In this document: in pieces, positions 27,701 through 35,712 of the stretch | Numbering within the stretch: position 1 is the first letter of the stretch | Layout: the number at the start of each line of letters is the position of its first letter | NCBI RefSeq assembly: GCF_028369095.1 | Contig: NZ_JAQNDN010000024.1 | Span: 565,253-629,252, forward strand | Reading direction: 5' to 3' | Source of the DNA: Nannocystis radixulma | GTDB lineage: Bacteria; Myxococcota_A; Polyangia; Nannocystales; Nannocystaceae | DNA: 64,000 bases | Position numbers and translations under genes: made by a program | Notes under the pieces: model-generated | What the model saw: only the letters and a program-made list of their open reading frames with translations | Database searches by the model: none | Told to the model about the DNA's origin: nothing

Positions 27701-29788
27701 GGCGGCGAGGTTGTAGTGGCCGACGATCTCGAAGAGCATGTCCTCGAGGACAGGTGGTGCGGCGTCGCGGAGCAGGCCGCGGGCCAGCGCGAGGTGGAGG
27801 CGCAGGCGCTCCGCGGGCGCGAGCGCGGCGTAGGCGGCCTGCTGCACGCGGTCGTGGACGAACTCGTAGACGTCGGTGTCGGCGGCGAGCACGAGGTTGC
27901 GCTCGATCGCCTGGGCGAGCGCGGCCTTGACGGCGGCCGGGTCGCGGCCGAGCAGGCCGGCCAGGCGGGCGACGTCGAAGCGGGCGCCGATGCAGGCCGC
28001 GGCCTCGAGCGCGGCGCGGACGTCGGGGTCGAGGGCGGCGAGGCGGCGGGTCATCAGCGCGACGATGTCGTCGCCGGGGGCGGCGCGGGCGGTGCGGGCG
28101 GCGTCCCAGGCCCAGCCCTCGTGCTCGGGCGACCACACGAGCAGGCCCTGGTCGAACAGCCAGCGCAGGTAGGCGCGCACGAACAGCGGGTTGTTGTCGG
28201 TGTTGGCGGCGACGACGGCGGCGAGGGCCTCAGCCTGTCCTTCGGGCCAGGCGAGCGTCTCGCCGATCAGCTGCGCGACGTCGGCGGCGGCGAGCGGGCC
28301 GAGGTGGACCCGCAGGTCGGCCGCGAGCCCGCGCAGGGGGTGGCCGGCGGCCAGCTCGTCGTCGCGGTAGCAGCCGACGAGGAGCAGGTGGTCGAGGCCG
28401 GGCTCGCGCGCGAGCTCGTCGAGCAGGCGGACGCTGGCCGGGTCGGCCCACTGGAGGTCGTCGACGGCGAGCACGAGCGGGGCGTCGGGGCCGGCGAACA
28501 CGCGCACGAGGCGGGTGATGGCGGCGTGGAAGCGGCCGGCGGCCTCGGCGGGCAGGGCCTCGGTCGGGCGCGGGCGGACGCCGGTGACGAGCGCGAGCGC
28601 GGGCAGGACGTCGGCGAGGCCGGCCGCGCTGTCGCCGAGGGCGGCGAGCAGGGCGGTGCGGGTGGCGGCGAGGCGCTCCTCGGGCTCGGCGAGGGCGCGG
28701 CGCAGCAGGCGGTCGAGCGCGGCCAGGAGGCCGGCGTAGGGGATGACCCTTTCGACCTGTTCGAAGCGCCCGGTGACGAAGCGGCCGCCGGCCTCGCGCA
28801 CGGCCCCGGCGAGCGCGCGCAGGATGCTCGACTTGCCCGCGCCCGAGGGGCCGGCCACCAGCGCGAGGGCGCGAGCGCCGGCGCGTACGCCTGTCCAAAC
28901 GGACAGGAGCTCGGCGAGCTCGCGGTCGCGGCCGAACAGGGTCGTCGGCAGCTGCAGGCCCGGCGGGCGGTCGCGCGTGGCCAGCGTGAATTCGGGGACC
29001 TCGCCGCGGGCGAACGCGTCGCGGCAGCGGGCGAGGTCGTGGCGCAGGCCGTCGAGGCTCTGGTAGCGGGCCTCGGGGCTCTTCTCGAGCAGGCGCAGGA
29101 CGATCCGCGACAGCGTGTCCCCGAGGACAGGTTCGAGCGCGGCCGGAGCCGCGGGCACGCGCGCGAGGTGGGCGTGGACCAGCTCGAGCGGGTCGTCGCT
29201 GGCGAACGGCAGGCGCCCGGTGAACAGCTCGTAGAGGGTGACGCCGAGCGCGTAGTAGTCGCTGCGCGGATCGACGTCGCGGCCGGTGCGGCCGGTCGCC
29301 TCGGGCGACATGTACTGCAGCGTGCCCTCGCCGGCCGCGGCGGCGCTGAAGTCGATCAGCTGCACGCGCTCGCCCTCGCCGTGGACGATGATGTTGGCCG
29401 GCTTGATGTCGCGGTGGACCACGCCGGCGGCGTGCACCAGCGCGAGCACGCCGCACGCCGCCAGCGCGAGGTCGAGGCGGGCCACCAGCGAGAGCTCGCG
29501 CCCCTTGCGGTAGCGGTGCAGCGCGAGCCCGCCGATGTCGCGCAGGACCAACACGGGGCAGTGGTCCCAGCGCTCGAGCGCGAGCACCTCGGGCACCGCC
29601 GGCCCGGCGCAGCGGCGCAGCAGCTCGGCCTCCCGCTCGAGCCGCGCCGCGCCGGCGCTGTCGCTGTACTCGCGCCGCAGGGCCTTGAGGATCACGCGCG
29701 CGCCGTCGCGTCGACGGACCCCGCGGAACACCTGCGAGGTCCGACCGTCGTGGAGCTGCTCCGCGATCTCGTAGTCGCCGGCGCTCAT
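24755..29788 (-). CDS. hybrid Ser/Thr protein kinase - AAA/STAND ATPase - TPR - GAF - histidine kinase (1677 aa)
   Basis: N-terminal STK domain (HRDIKPANI catalytic loop). P-loop VAGPSGAGKSSIL. Long helical repeat region. GAF domain. HisKA (MSHELRTPLNAVIGYAELI) and HATPase_c (DTGVGIA...GSGVSLALAHRF...GRGSTFVL). Confidence 0.85.
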   Translation of the reverse strand: MSAGDYEIAEQLHDGRTSQVFRGVRRRDGARVILKALRREYSDSAGAARLEREAELLRRCAGPAVPEVLALERWDHCPVLVLRDIGGLALHRYRKGRELSLVARLDLALAACGVLALVHAAGVVHRDIKPANIIVHGEGERVQLIDFSAAAAGEGTLQYMSPEATGRTGRDVDPRSDYYALGVTLYELFTGRLPFASDDPLELVHAHLARVPAAPAALEPVLGDTLSRIVLRLLEKSPEARYQSLDGLRHDLARCRDAFARGEVPEFTLATRDRPPGLQLPTTLFGRDRELAELLSVWTGVRAGARALALVAGPSGAGKSSILRALAGAVREAGGRFVTGRFEQVERVIPYAGLLAALDRLLRRALAEPEERLAATRTALLAALGDSAAGLADVLPALALVTGVRPRPTEALPAEAAGRFHAAITRLVRVFAGPDAPLVLAVDDLQWADPASVRLLDELAREPGLDHLLLVGCYRDDELAAGHPLRGLAADLRVHLGPLAAADVAQLIGETLAWPEGQAEALAAVVAANTDNNPLFVRAYLRWLFDQGLLVWSPEHEGWAWDAARTARAAPGDDIVALMTRRLAALDPDVRAALEAAACIGARFDVARLAGLLGRDPAAVKAALAQAIERNLVLAADTDVYEFVHDRVQQAAYAALAPAERLRLHLALARGLLRDAAPPVLEDMLFEIVGHYNLAAAGLADPDERLRLAELDLAAGRKARGAAAFASAVQLLRQGIDALPDDAWSTHYPLAFALHRDCMECEHFAGDPDAAEARFAPLLARARDDVDRAAVHDLKVGLETDRANVQAALAAGRAGLALLGVDVPASASRLSLLRELATVRWLRGRAPLRDLADLPEAQDVRIRRSLRLLCTMCVSAYYHQPDLALVYGLRAMVLALRHGVIGESAIAVALYAFIHVHMFNDPAGGRALQDAAYALADRFGDPRIRPQLANYCGVYVDAWLEPLAAVAPRLEREIDRAIQIGDPSMALYIAAGAMYGRWLGLGDLDQLQASARAMGSIGARLPGLDQRSWHLMFVRTCMALRGETDGPTSLSSPGWDEDSLVDELGPHSRALSSAYHLVKLALLYHHGAYDQARALSKRMRWARAEGTLLLVDQITLGLLALTGPGEPLRPKAQRRALAWLGHLRRWAELCKENIEGRLLLAEAELARCRGDHDQAALLYPRAVESARRAGHLRIEALALERAGRHALTRDLHVLATMYIGAAADGYDRWGARTLAARLRTEFPGLAAPAPVAPPPPGPPSSGAEAVDVAALLRSTRAITGELVLPRLLRALVRTVVEVAGARRCFVLLAGDGGLQIAAAADVAADRLDVLQSRAMSEEPGLPQSLVHFVARTRRDVVLADAAVDHDFAGDPALAGVRSVLCAPILGHGGLVGVLYLDNDLAPHTFGSGRLVLLRHLAAQIATSIDNARLYEDLARARDAAVRTDRLKTRFLLNMSHELRTPLNAVIGYAELIRESAAEGDLAAIDADTDRIRRAAVRLVRTLTNILELSRLEADDVVKPARVAVDPAAIVREAVAACEAEAHARGDALDLDLDPTLGVCLTDPGMFAHCVQTLVDNAVHFTSRGRVAVRLAAVIRGDAPWLELRVADTGVGIAADDLPRLFVAFQPLDDAPTRAHEGSGVSLALAHRFARLLGGDIDVASFPGRGSTFVLRLPAPRE

Positions 29789-30083
29789 GCCGGCTCAGTG
29801 TGCCTCGCCGCGACGGCGTTGGGTGAGCGCATGTGGGCGCTCGCTTCCGCGCAGCGGCGGCGGCGGACGGCCCGCATCACCGCTGCGAGATGCCCTCGAC
29901 GCGGCGATCGACGCGAGCTCGACCGCCACGTGCTGAATCTCCCGACGGCGCGACTCGGGGCCCGCGTCGACCGCCGACGGCAGGACTGCCCACAATGCGT
30001 GCGGGACTGGCAGCATTTCCATGGCGGAGCCGCGCGCCCCGCCAGCACCGAGGGCGCGCGACGGCGGCGGCCCCGGGCCCGCG

Positions 30084-31568
30084 TCACATCGGGATGACGC
30101 TCTTCAGCTGGCCGCCCGTCATGTCGGAGTAGACGTAGTGGCTGCCGGGGACGATGACCTGCTGCATGCCCGCGACGTTGTCGGGATCGATCTTCCACGC
30201 CCAGCCGCCCTGATCGACGAGCCACACGTAGTCCTCGATGTCGACGCTGAGGCCGATGGCGGTCGAGCACGGGTTGGTGTTGTGCTGGGCGACGAGGGTG
30301 TTGGTGGTGCGATCGACCTGGGCCAGCGCGCACGGCTGGTTGTTGGCGACCCACGTGAAGTTCTTGTCGGCCGTGACGCCGCGCCAGCAGCCGCCCTCGG
30401 TCCCGGGGATGGCGATGAACTGCATCGTGTCGGGGTCGAAGCGGGTGATCGGGCCGCAGTTGCCGCCGAACCACGGGTCGCCGTCGGGGTCGACGGTGAA
30501 GCCGTACGACTGCACGTTGCCCGGCGGGGTGAAGCGGTCGACGGTGATCGGGTTCACGTCGGTGTTGACGCGCACGAACTCGCCGCGCAGGCTCGAGAAC
30601 CACGGCTTGAAGTCGGGGTCGAGCGCGGCGCCGTAGGGCGCGAAGCCGCTGCCGTTCCAGCCCGGCACGGCGATGGTCTCCTCGACGGTGCCGTTCACGG
30701 CCACGCGCACGAGGTGCACGCTGGTCTGGTCGGCGGCCATGTAGCCGATCCACACCTTCGGATCGACGTAGGCGCAGACGTTGGTGTCCCAGGTGCCCGG
30801 CGTCCAGGTCACGCCGCGCGGGCCGTCGTCCCAGGCGCCGCCGTAGGGCCACTGGATCTGCCAGAGAATGCACTCGTCCTGGCCCCACGGGCGCACGTCG
30901 GCGCTGCTCTGCGAGGTGTCGATCATGCCGTTGCCGTTGGTGTCGACGCAGTCGGCGACGTTGGCGGCGAGCATGGTGCTGCGCCCGGTCTGGCGGTTGT
31001 TGACGACGACGAAGCGGCCGTCGGCGCTGACCGCCGTGCGCGAGGCGCTCTCGCCTCCGGGGCCGATCTTGTAGCGCGCCTCCTCGATCAAGGTCTGGGT
31101 GTTGACCTTGGCGACGTCGTCGAGGTCCTGGCTGGGGATGAAGATGTAGCTCTTCTCCGCCATGCCCGGGTTGCCGGGGTCGCCCGGCTGGCACACGCCG
31201 CCGGTGGTGTTGCCGGTGGTGTCGGTGTTCGTCGTGGTGCCGGTGGTGGTGGTGTCGCTCGTGGTCGTCGTGGTCGTGTCGGTGGTCGGCCCGGCCGTCA
31301 GCGTCGCCGTCGCGTCCGTGGTCGACGTCGTCGGCACGCTCGTGGTCGACATCGTCGCGCTGTTCGACATCGACCCGCCCGAGTCCGTGTCGGTCGCGCT
31401 GTTGCTGGTCGTCGGCGTGGTGGCGGTGCCCGTGAGGGTGGGATCCACGGTCCCCTGGGTCATCGTCCCGGAGTCGGTGTTCGTCGCGTTGCCGGAGTCC
31501 CCGCAACCCGCGAGCCCGACCGCCACCGGGACCGCGAGCCACCAATTGCCTGCAATCTTCAGCGTCAT
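30084..31568 (-). CDS. beta-propeller repeat lipoprotein with Thr/Ser-rich linker
   Basis: ATG at complement 31566-31568. Lipobox VGLAGC-GD. ~120-aa T/S/D linker. W/G/D-rich repeats (DPDGDPWFGGNCGPITRFDPDT...). Confidence 0.65.
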   Translation of the reverse strand: MTLKIAGNWWLAVPVAVGLAGCGDSGNATNTDSGTMTQGTVDPTLTGTATTPTTSNSATDTDSGGSMSNSATMSTTSVPTTSTTDATATLTAGPTTDTTTTTTSDTTTTGTTTNTDTTGNTTGGVCQPGDPGNPGMAEKSYIFIPSQDLDDVAKVNTQTLIEEARYKIGPGGESASRTAVSADGRFVVVNNRQTGRSTMLAANVADCVDTNGNGMIDTSQSSADVRPWGQDECILWQIQWPYGGAWDDGPRGVTWTPGTWDTNVCAYVDPKVWIGYMAADQTSVHLVRVAVNGTVEETIAVPGWNGSGFAPYGAALDPDFKPWFSSLRGEFVRVNTDVNPITVDRFTPPGNVQSYGFTVDPDGDPWFGGNCGPITRFDPDTMQFIAIPGTEGGCWRGVTADKNFTWVANNQPCALAQVDRTTNTLVAQHNTNPCSTAIGLSVDIEDYVWLVDQGGWAWKIDPDNVAGMQQVIVPGSHYVYSDMTGGQLKSVIPM

Positions 31569-32121
31569 GCCGGCGATGATGCGGAAGACCCCGGCGATCC
31601 GGCATCGTGGAACGGGTGGTTTCTCGCGATCGGCGACGAGTGGAACCTCTCGGATCGGGTCGCTGAAGAACCACCCATGGGCGCGGGTTCGCACGGGGGA
31701 AGCCCCTCGCACCGACCGCGGCGACCTGGCCTGCAGCCGACTGTCCTGGATGGAGAGGGACAGGGGCCCGCAGGCCGGCGGTAAACCTGTCTTTTGGGGC
31801 CGGATGCGACGATCGTGTTCCGAAGAGCATCTTCGCCCGCGCGTCCCGGCGGGCCAGGCGCTTCCCGATCGCGGGTGGCACGGTGTCGCAGGACAAGTGA
31901 CCGGCGAGATGCCGGATCGCTCCGGTCGCGGCCCGGGGTCAGGTCGAGCGTGGCGTGCGCGGGTACCCTGGAGCGAGCGCGCGTCGTCGGGCCGCGGGGG
32001 CGAGCAAGCGAGCTGTCCGAGGGGACAGGTCATAGACGGCGTGCGGGGACCGAGTCGCCGGCGTGCGGTCCTGTGTCGGCCGAGCGGCGTGCCGCGAGGC
32101 AATGATGATACGTGACCTCGA

Positions 32122-32158
32122 GGACAGGGAATGTGCACCGCGTATGCACAAGCTGTCC
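32122..32158. promoter_or_regulatory. nested inverted repeats GGACAG-[GGAA-TGTGCA-CCGCGTA-TGCACA-AG]-CTGTCC
   Basis: Seen directly in the 677-bp non-coding region 31569..32245. A second IR, CTGTCC-GAGG-GGACAG, is at 32013..32028. Confidence 0.3.
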
Positions 32159-32245
32159 CGTAGGACATGCGGACACCCCGGGCGGCAAGAGGCCGCGCCG
32201 GGGGGACGGTGCGAGGCACCGGGGCTCACGCCAGCCGTGCGAGCG

Positions 32246-32488
32246 TCAGATGGCGTCGCCGGCGACGTAGCAGAGCTGCTCGGCGTCGTCGTAGACGATC
32301 TCGGCGGCCGCGGGCGCCTCGTCCTCGGCGCAGGTCGGGGTGCAGCGGTCGCACAGCGACGGCGGGAAGTCCTGCTGGCAGATCGGGGCGCTGCAGCAGA
32401 TGTTCGCCTGGGCGGTGCGCGCCCCGAAGGCGATGGCGCCGAACGAGAGAGCGATGGCGATGACGGAGAACGAACGAATGGAACGCAT
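32246..32488 (-). CDS. small secreted cysteine-rich protein (80 aa; 8 Cys in 52-aa mature part)
   Basis: Strong RBS AAGGAGATATCC-ATG. Signal peptide ending AQA. Mature peptide NICCSAPICQQDFPPSLCDRCTPTCAEDE...LCYVAGDAI. Confidence 0.6.
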   Translation of the reverse strand: MRSIRSFSVIAIALSFGAIAFGARTAQANICCSAPICQQDFPPSLCDRCTPTCAEDEAPAAAEIVYDDAEQLCYVAGDAI

Positions 32489-32624
32489 GGATATCTCCTT
32501 GACTCGACGTATCGGTGTTGCACACGGCGCTCGGCCGTGAGGGGTAGGGTTCGAATCGGGCGCCGGAATCAGCGCCCTTGCCGGGACAGTGAGGCCCGCT
32601 CCGCGATCAATTGCGCCGAGTCGA

Positions 32625-32658
32625 AAAATCGTGAAACGTCACGTGAACGCGTGAATGA
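32625..32658. promoter_or_regulatory. CGTGAA x3 direct repeats around a CACGTG palindrome, in the divergent promoter region
   Basis: aatCGTGAAacgtCACGTGAAcgCGTGAAtgacgg, in an AT-richer patch between the Cys-rich peptide gene (-) and the S8 protease gene (+). Confidence 0.25.
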
Positions 32659-33096
32659 CGGGGAAATAACCGCGCTCCGGGCCCGCCCGACGTGCGAATT
32701 GGTCTGCCGACCCCCGCCGTATTTGCCCACTTCGCGCTCGGATGAGCGGACTGTTCGCAGCCGGCCGGTCGACCCAGCGATTGCCCGCGGGTTCCTCGTC
32801 GCCGTGCTCGTCGCATCGGGGAGCGGACGGAGGACGACACGGTCTGCCGAGCCGCGCATTCGACCGGCTGATGCGCCAGCGAATGGGCGACGCGGCGGTC
32901 GGGCGCGCGTCCGCGGCGAGGCTGACACGAGCGTCCGGGAGGTCGTCGGCGGCGTGCGCTGAGGGAGCGTCGCGGCCGGCTGCGGACGAATCCGTCGCGT
33001 CGAGGGCCGAGACATGCCTCACCCGCTCGCGCAGGCGACGGGCCGCGCCGACGCGGCGCCGCGGCGATACTGCGACCTCGAGGGAGAGGAGCGACC

Positions 33097-34953
33097 GTGC
33101 TGCAGTTCGCCGCGCTAGCCATCGTCACCGGCCTGGTGGAGCCGCCGACGTGGGTGTTCTTCACCGACAAGAAGATCGAGGCGGCCGACCTCGACGCGGC
33201 CCTCGTGCAGCAGGAGCGTGAGCTCGCGCCGCGAGCCGTGCGCCGGCGCGTGCGGGTCCGCGGCGACCGCGGGGTCGACCTCCGCGATGTGCCACCGGCG
33301 TCCGCCTACGTGCAATCGATCGCGGCCACCGGCGCGCAGATCCGTGCGACCTCGCGCTGGCTCAATGCGGTGAGCGTCGAGGCCGATGCCGCCCAGCGGG
33401 CCGCGATCGCCAGCCTGCCGTTCGTCGCGCGCGTGCGGCCGGTGGCGCGGACGCGGCGCCATGAACATCGCCCGCTGGGGACCGACGAATCGACGCCCGC
33501 GCGCGCGAAGGGCCTGTCGTGGCCGCAGTTGTCGGCGCTGCACGTCCCGGACCTGCACGCGTGCGGCCTCACGGGCGCCGGCGTGGTCATCGGCGTGCAG
33601 GACACGGGGTTCTTGCTCGAGCACCAGGCGTTCGCCGGGCTGCAGGTGATCGCAAGCCGCGACTTCATCCAAAACGACGACGTCGTGGCCGACCAGGAGG
33701 GCGACACGCCGGGGCAGCACTATCACGGCACCGGCGTATTGTCGCTGATCGTCGGTAGCGACGGCGAGGTCTTCTCCGGCGTGGCGCCCGGCGTCTCGGT
33801 GCTGCTGGCCAAGACCGAGCAGATCGACGTCGAGGAGCCGTACGAGGAGGATTACTACGTCGCCGGTCTCGAGTGGATCGAGGGCATGGGCGCCGACATC
33901 TTCACCGCCTCGCTCGGGTACTCGGATTGGTACGAGCAGTCGCAGCTCGACGGCAAGACGGCGGTCGTGTCGCAGGCCGCCGCGGTGGCGCTCGCCAACG
34001 GGCTCATCATGTTCTCCGCCATGGGCAACGAGGGGCCCGATCCGACGACCCTGGACGCGCCCGCCGACGTCGACGGCGTCATCGCCGTCGGGGCGACCGA
34101 CTTCGACGGCGTGGTCACATCATTCTCCTCGCGCGGGCCGACGGCCGACGAGCGGATCAAGCCCGATGTGGTGGCCCCCGGCCAGGACGTGTGGATGGTG
34201 CGGACCGGCACCCTCGTGGCGTACGAGATGGCGCAGGGCACCAGCCTGTCGACGCCGCTGGCGGCCGGCATCGGCGCGCTGCTGCTCGAAGCCTACCCCG
34301 ACCTCGATCCCGCCGGCATGCTGGCGCTGCTGCGCGCGACCGCGACGCACTCCGACGCGCCCGACAACGACGGCGGCTGGGGCATGATCGACGGCCTCGC
34401 GGCGGCAGGGCTGTACTGCACGTGCGACGACGCCGACGGCGACGGGCACTTCGCGGCCACCTGCGGCGGCGACGACTGCGACGACGCCGATCCGGCGAGC
34501 CACCCCGGCGCGACGGAGGTCTGCGACGGGCGCGACAACGACTGCGACGGCGACCTGCCCGCGGAGGAGGTCGACGGCGACGACGACGGCGTCCGCCTGT
34601 GCGCGGGGGATTGCGACGACGCCGACCCGGCGCGCTGGCCGGGCGCGATCGAGATCGCCGACGATTGCATCGACAACAACTGCGACGGCGAGGGCGACCC
34701 CGCGTGTGCGCCGACCACCGGCGAGGGCAGCGGCACCGGCGAGACCGGCGAGGCGCCGACGACGTCGGCGACCGATCCCACGAGCACGAGCGACGGCGCG
34801 ACCTCGACGGGCGCGAGCACGGGCGACGGCGCGACCGGCGGTTCACCGGCGACCGGCGACGACGGCTGCGGCTGCGCGGCGCGGGACGGCAGGACGTCGG
34901 CCTGGTTGCTGCTGATGCTCGCAGCCTTGCCGCGACGACGCCGGCGCCGCTGA
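33097..34953 (+). CDS. subtilisin-like serine protease (S8) with putative metal-binding Cys repeats and MYXO-CTERM sorting tail
   Basis: RBS GGAGAGGAG before GTG 33097. Catalytic triad contexts VIGVQDTG / HGTGVLS / GTSLSTPLAAG. Repeated CxDxDxDGDG modules. C-terminal GCGC + hydrophobic stretch + RRRRRR. Confidence 0.85.
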   Translation: MLQFAALAIVTGLVEPPTWVFFTDKKIEAADLDAALVQQERELAPRAVRRRVRVRGDRGVDLRDVPPASAYVQSIAATGAQIRATSRWLNAVSVEADAAQRAAIASLPFVARVRPVARTRRHEHRPLGTDESTPARAKGLSWPQLSALHVPDLHACGLTGAGVVIGVQDTGFLLEHQAFAGLQVIASRDFIQNDDVVADQEGDTPGQHYHGTGVLSLIVGSDGEVFSGVAPGVSVLLAKTEQIDVEEPYEEDYYVAGLEWIEGMGADIFTASLGYSDWYEQSQLDGKTAVVSQAAAVALANGLIMFSAMGNEGPDPTTLDAPADVDGVIAVGATDFDGVVTSFSSRGPTADERIKPDVVAPGQDVWMVRTGTLVAYEMAQGTSLSTPLAAGIGALLLEAYPDLDPAGMLALLRATATHSDAPDNDGGWGMIDGLAAAGLYCTCDDADGDGHFAATCGGDDCDDADPASHPGATEVCDGRDNDCDGDLPAEEVDGDDDGVRLCAGDCDDADPARWPGAIEIADDCIDNNCDGEGDPACAPTTGEGSGTGETGEAPTTSATDPTSTSDGATSTGASTGDGATGGSPATGDDGCGCAARDGRTSAWLLLMLAALPRRRRRR

Positions 34954-35201
34954 GGTTTCGTTTCCTCGACCGGCGAAGGTGAGCGCCCGCGCGGGCTCGC
35001 TTCTCCTGAGATCCTAGCGAGCATGCGGCGCGCCCTCTCGTGCGCATGAGCCGCCGTGCGGTCACGCGGGTGAGCGCGGCGAGGCGATCGTCGAGGATTC
35101 GCTGGCGATCGAGGTCGCGGTGTCCGAGCCGCACCAGGGGTGGTAAAGAGTGCCCCGCCGATCATCTGCGGGACGAGCGAGGCACCCTCGACCGCCGCAC
35201 G

Positions 35202-35630
35202 ATGAGGTTTTTTTCAAGAGAGGTCCTCGTGTCCCTTCGTCTTGCACTGTCCCTCGCGCTGCTCCTGTCCGCATGCCGCGGCGGATCGACCCCGAGCACC
35301 GAATCCCCGACCACGCCCTCGGCCGAGCCCGCGGCGACCGACGGGCTGCCGCCCCTGGAGTCCGCGGGCCGGCGCTACGCCGGAGCGCCCGTCGGCGGAC
35401 GTGGCGGCAACTACGAGCTCTCGCTGTGCCCCGACGGCTCGTACCAGTATCGCTTGCTCGACGCGACGGAGGGCGGTCACTGGGTGCGCGAAGGGGACGC
35501 GCTGGTGCTCACCGGCGACGGCGGCTCGACCAGTCGCATCACGTTCAGCGCCGACGAGCGCCTCATCGCCAGCGGCGGCGGCTCCGACGACATGAAGTTC
35601 GAGGGCGTCCCCGAATGCAAGGGCCCGTGA
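35202..35630 (+). CDS. small lipoprotein (142 aa)
   Basis: ATG 35202. Lipobox LLSAC-RGG. Confidence 0.55.
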   Translation: MRFFSREVLVSLRLALSLALLLSACRGGSTPSTESPTTPSAEPAATDGLPPLESAGRRYAGAPVGGRGGNYELSLCPDGSYQYRLLDATEGGHWVREGDALVLTGDGGSTSRITFSADERLIASGGGSDDMKFEGVPECKGP

Positions 35631-35664
35631 GCGGCGACGGGCCGGTGTTGCCGCGCCTGTCTCC

Positions 35665-35712
35665 ACGGGCATGTTCCATGAGACAGACCATATGTCTCAT
35701 GGGACATCGGGT
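35665..35712. repeat. CATG-unit cluster with inverted repeat CATGAGACA-N7-TGTCTCATG (copy 5)
   Basis: CATG/TATG at 35670, 35677, 35691, 35698, CATC at 35705, with 7- and 14-nt spacing. Sits between the stops of the 35202..35630 (+) and 35697..38804 (-) genes. Confidence 0.5.
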
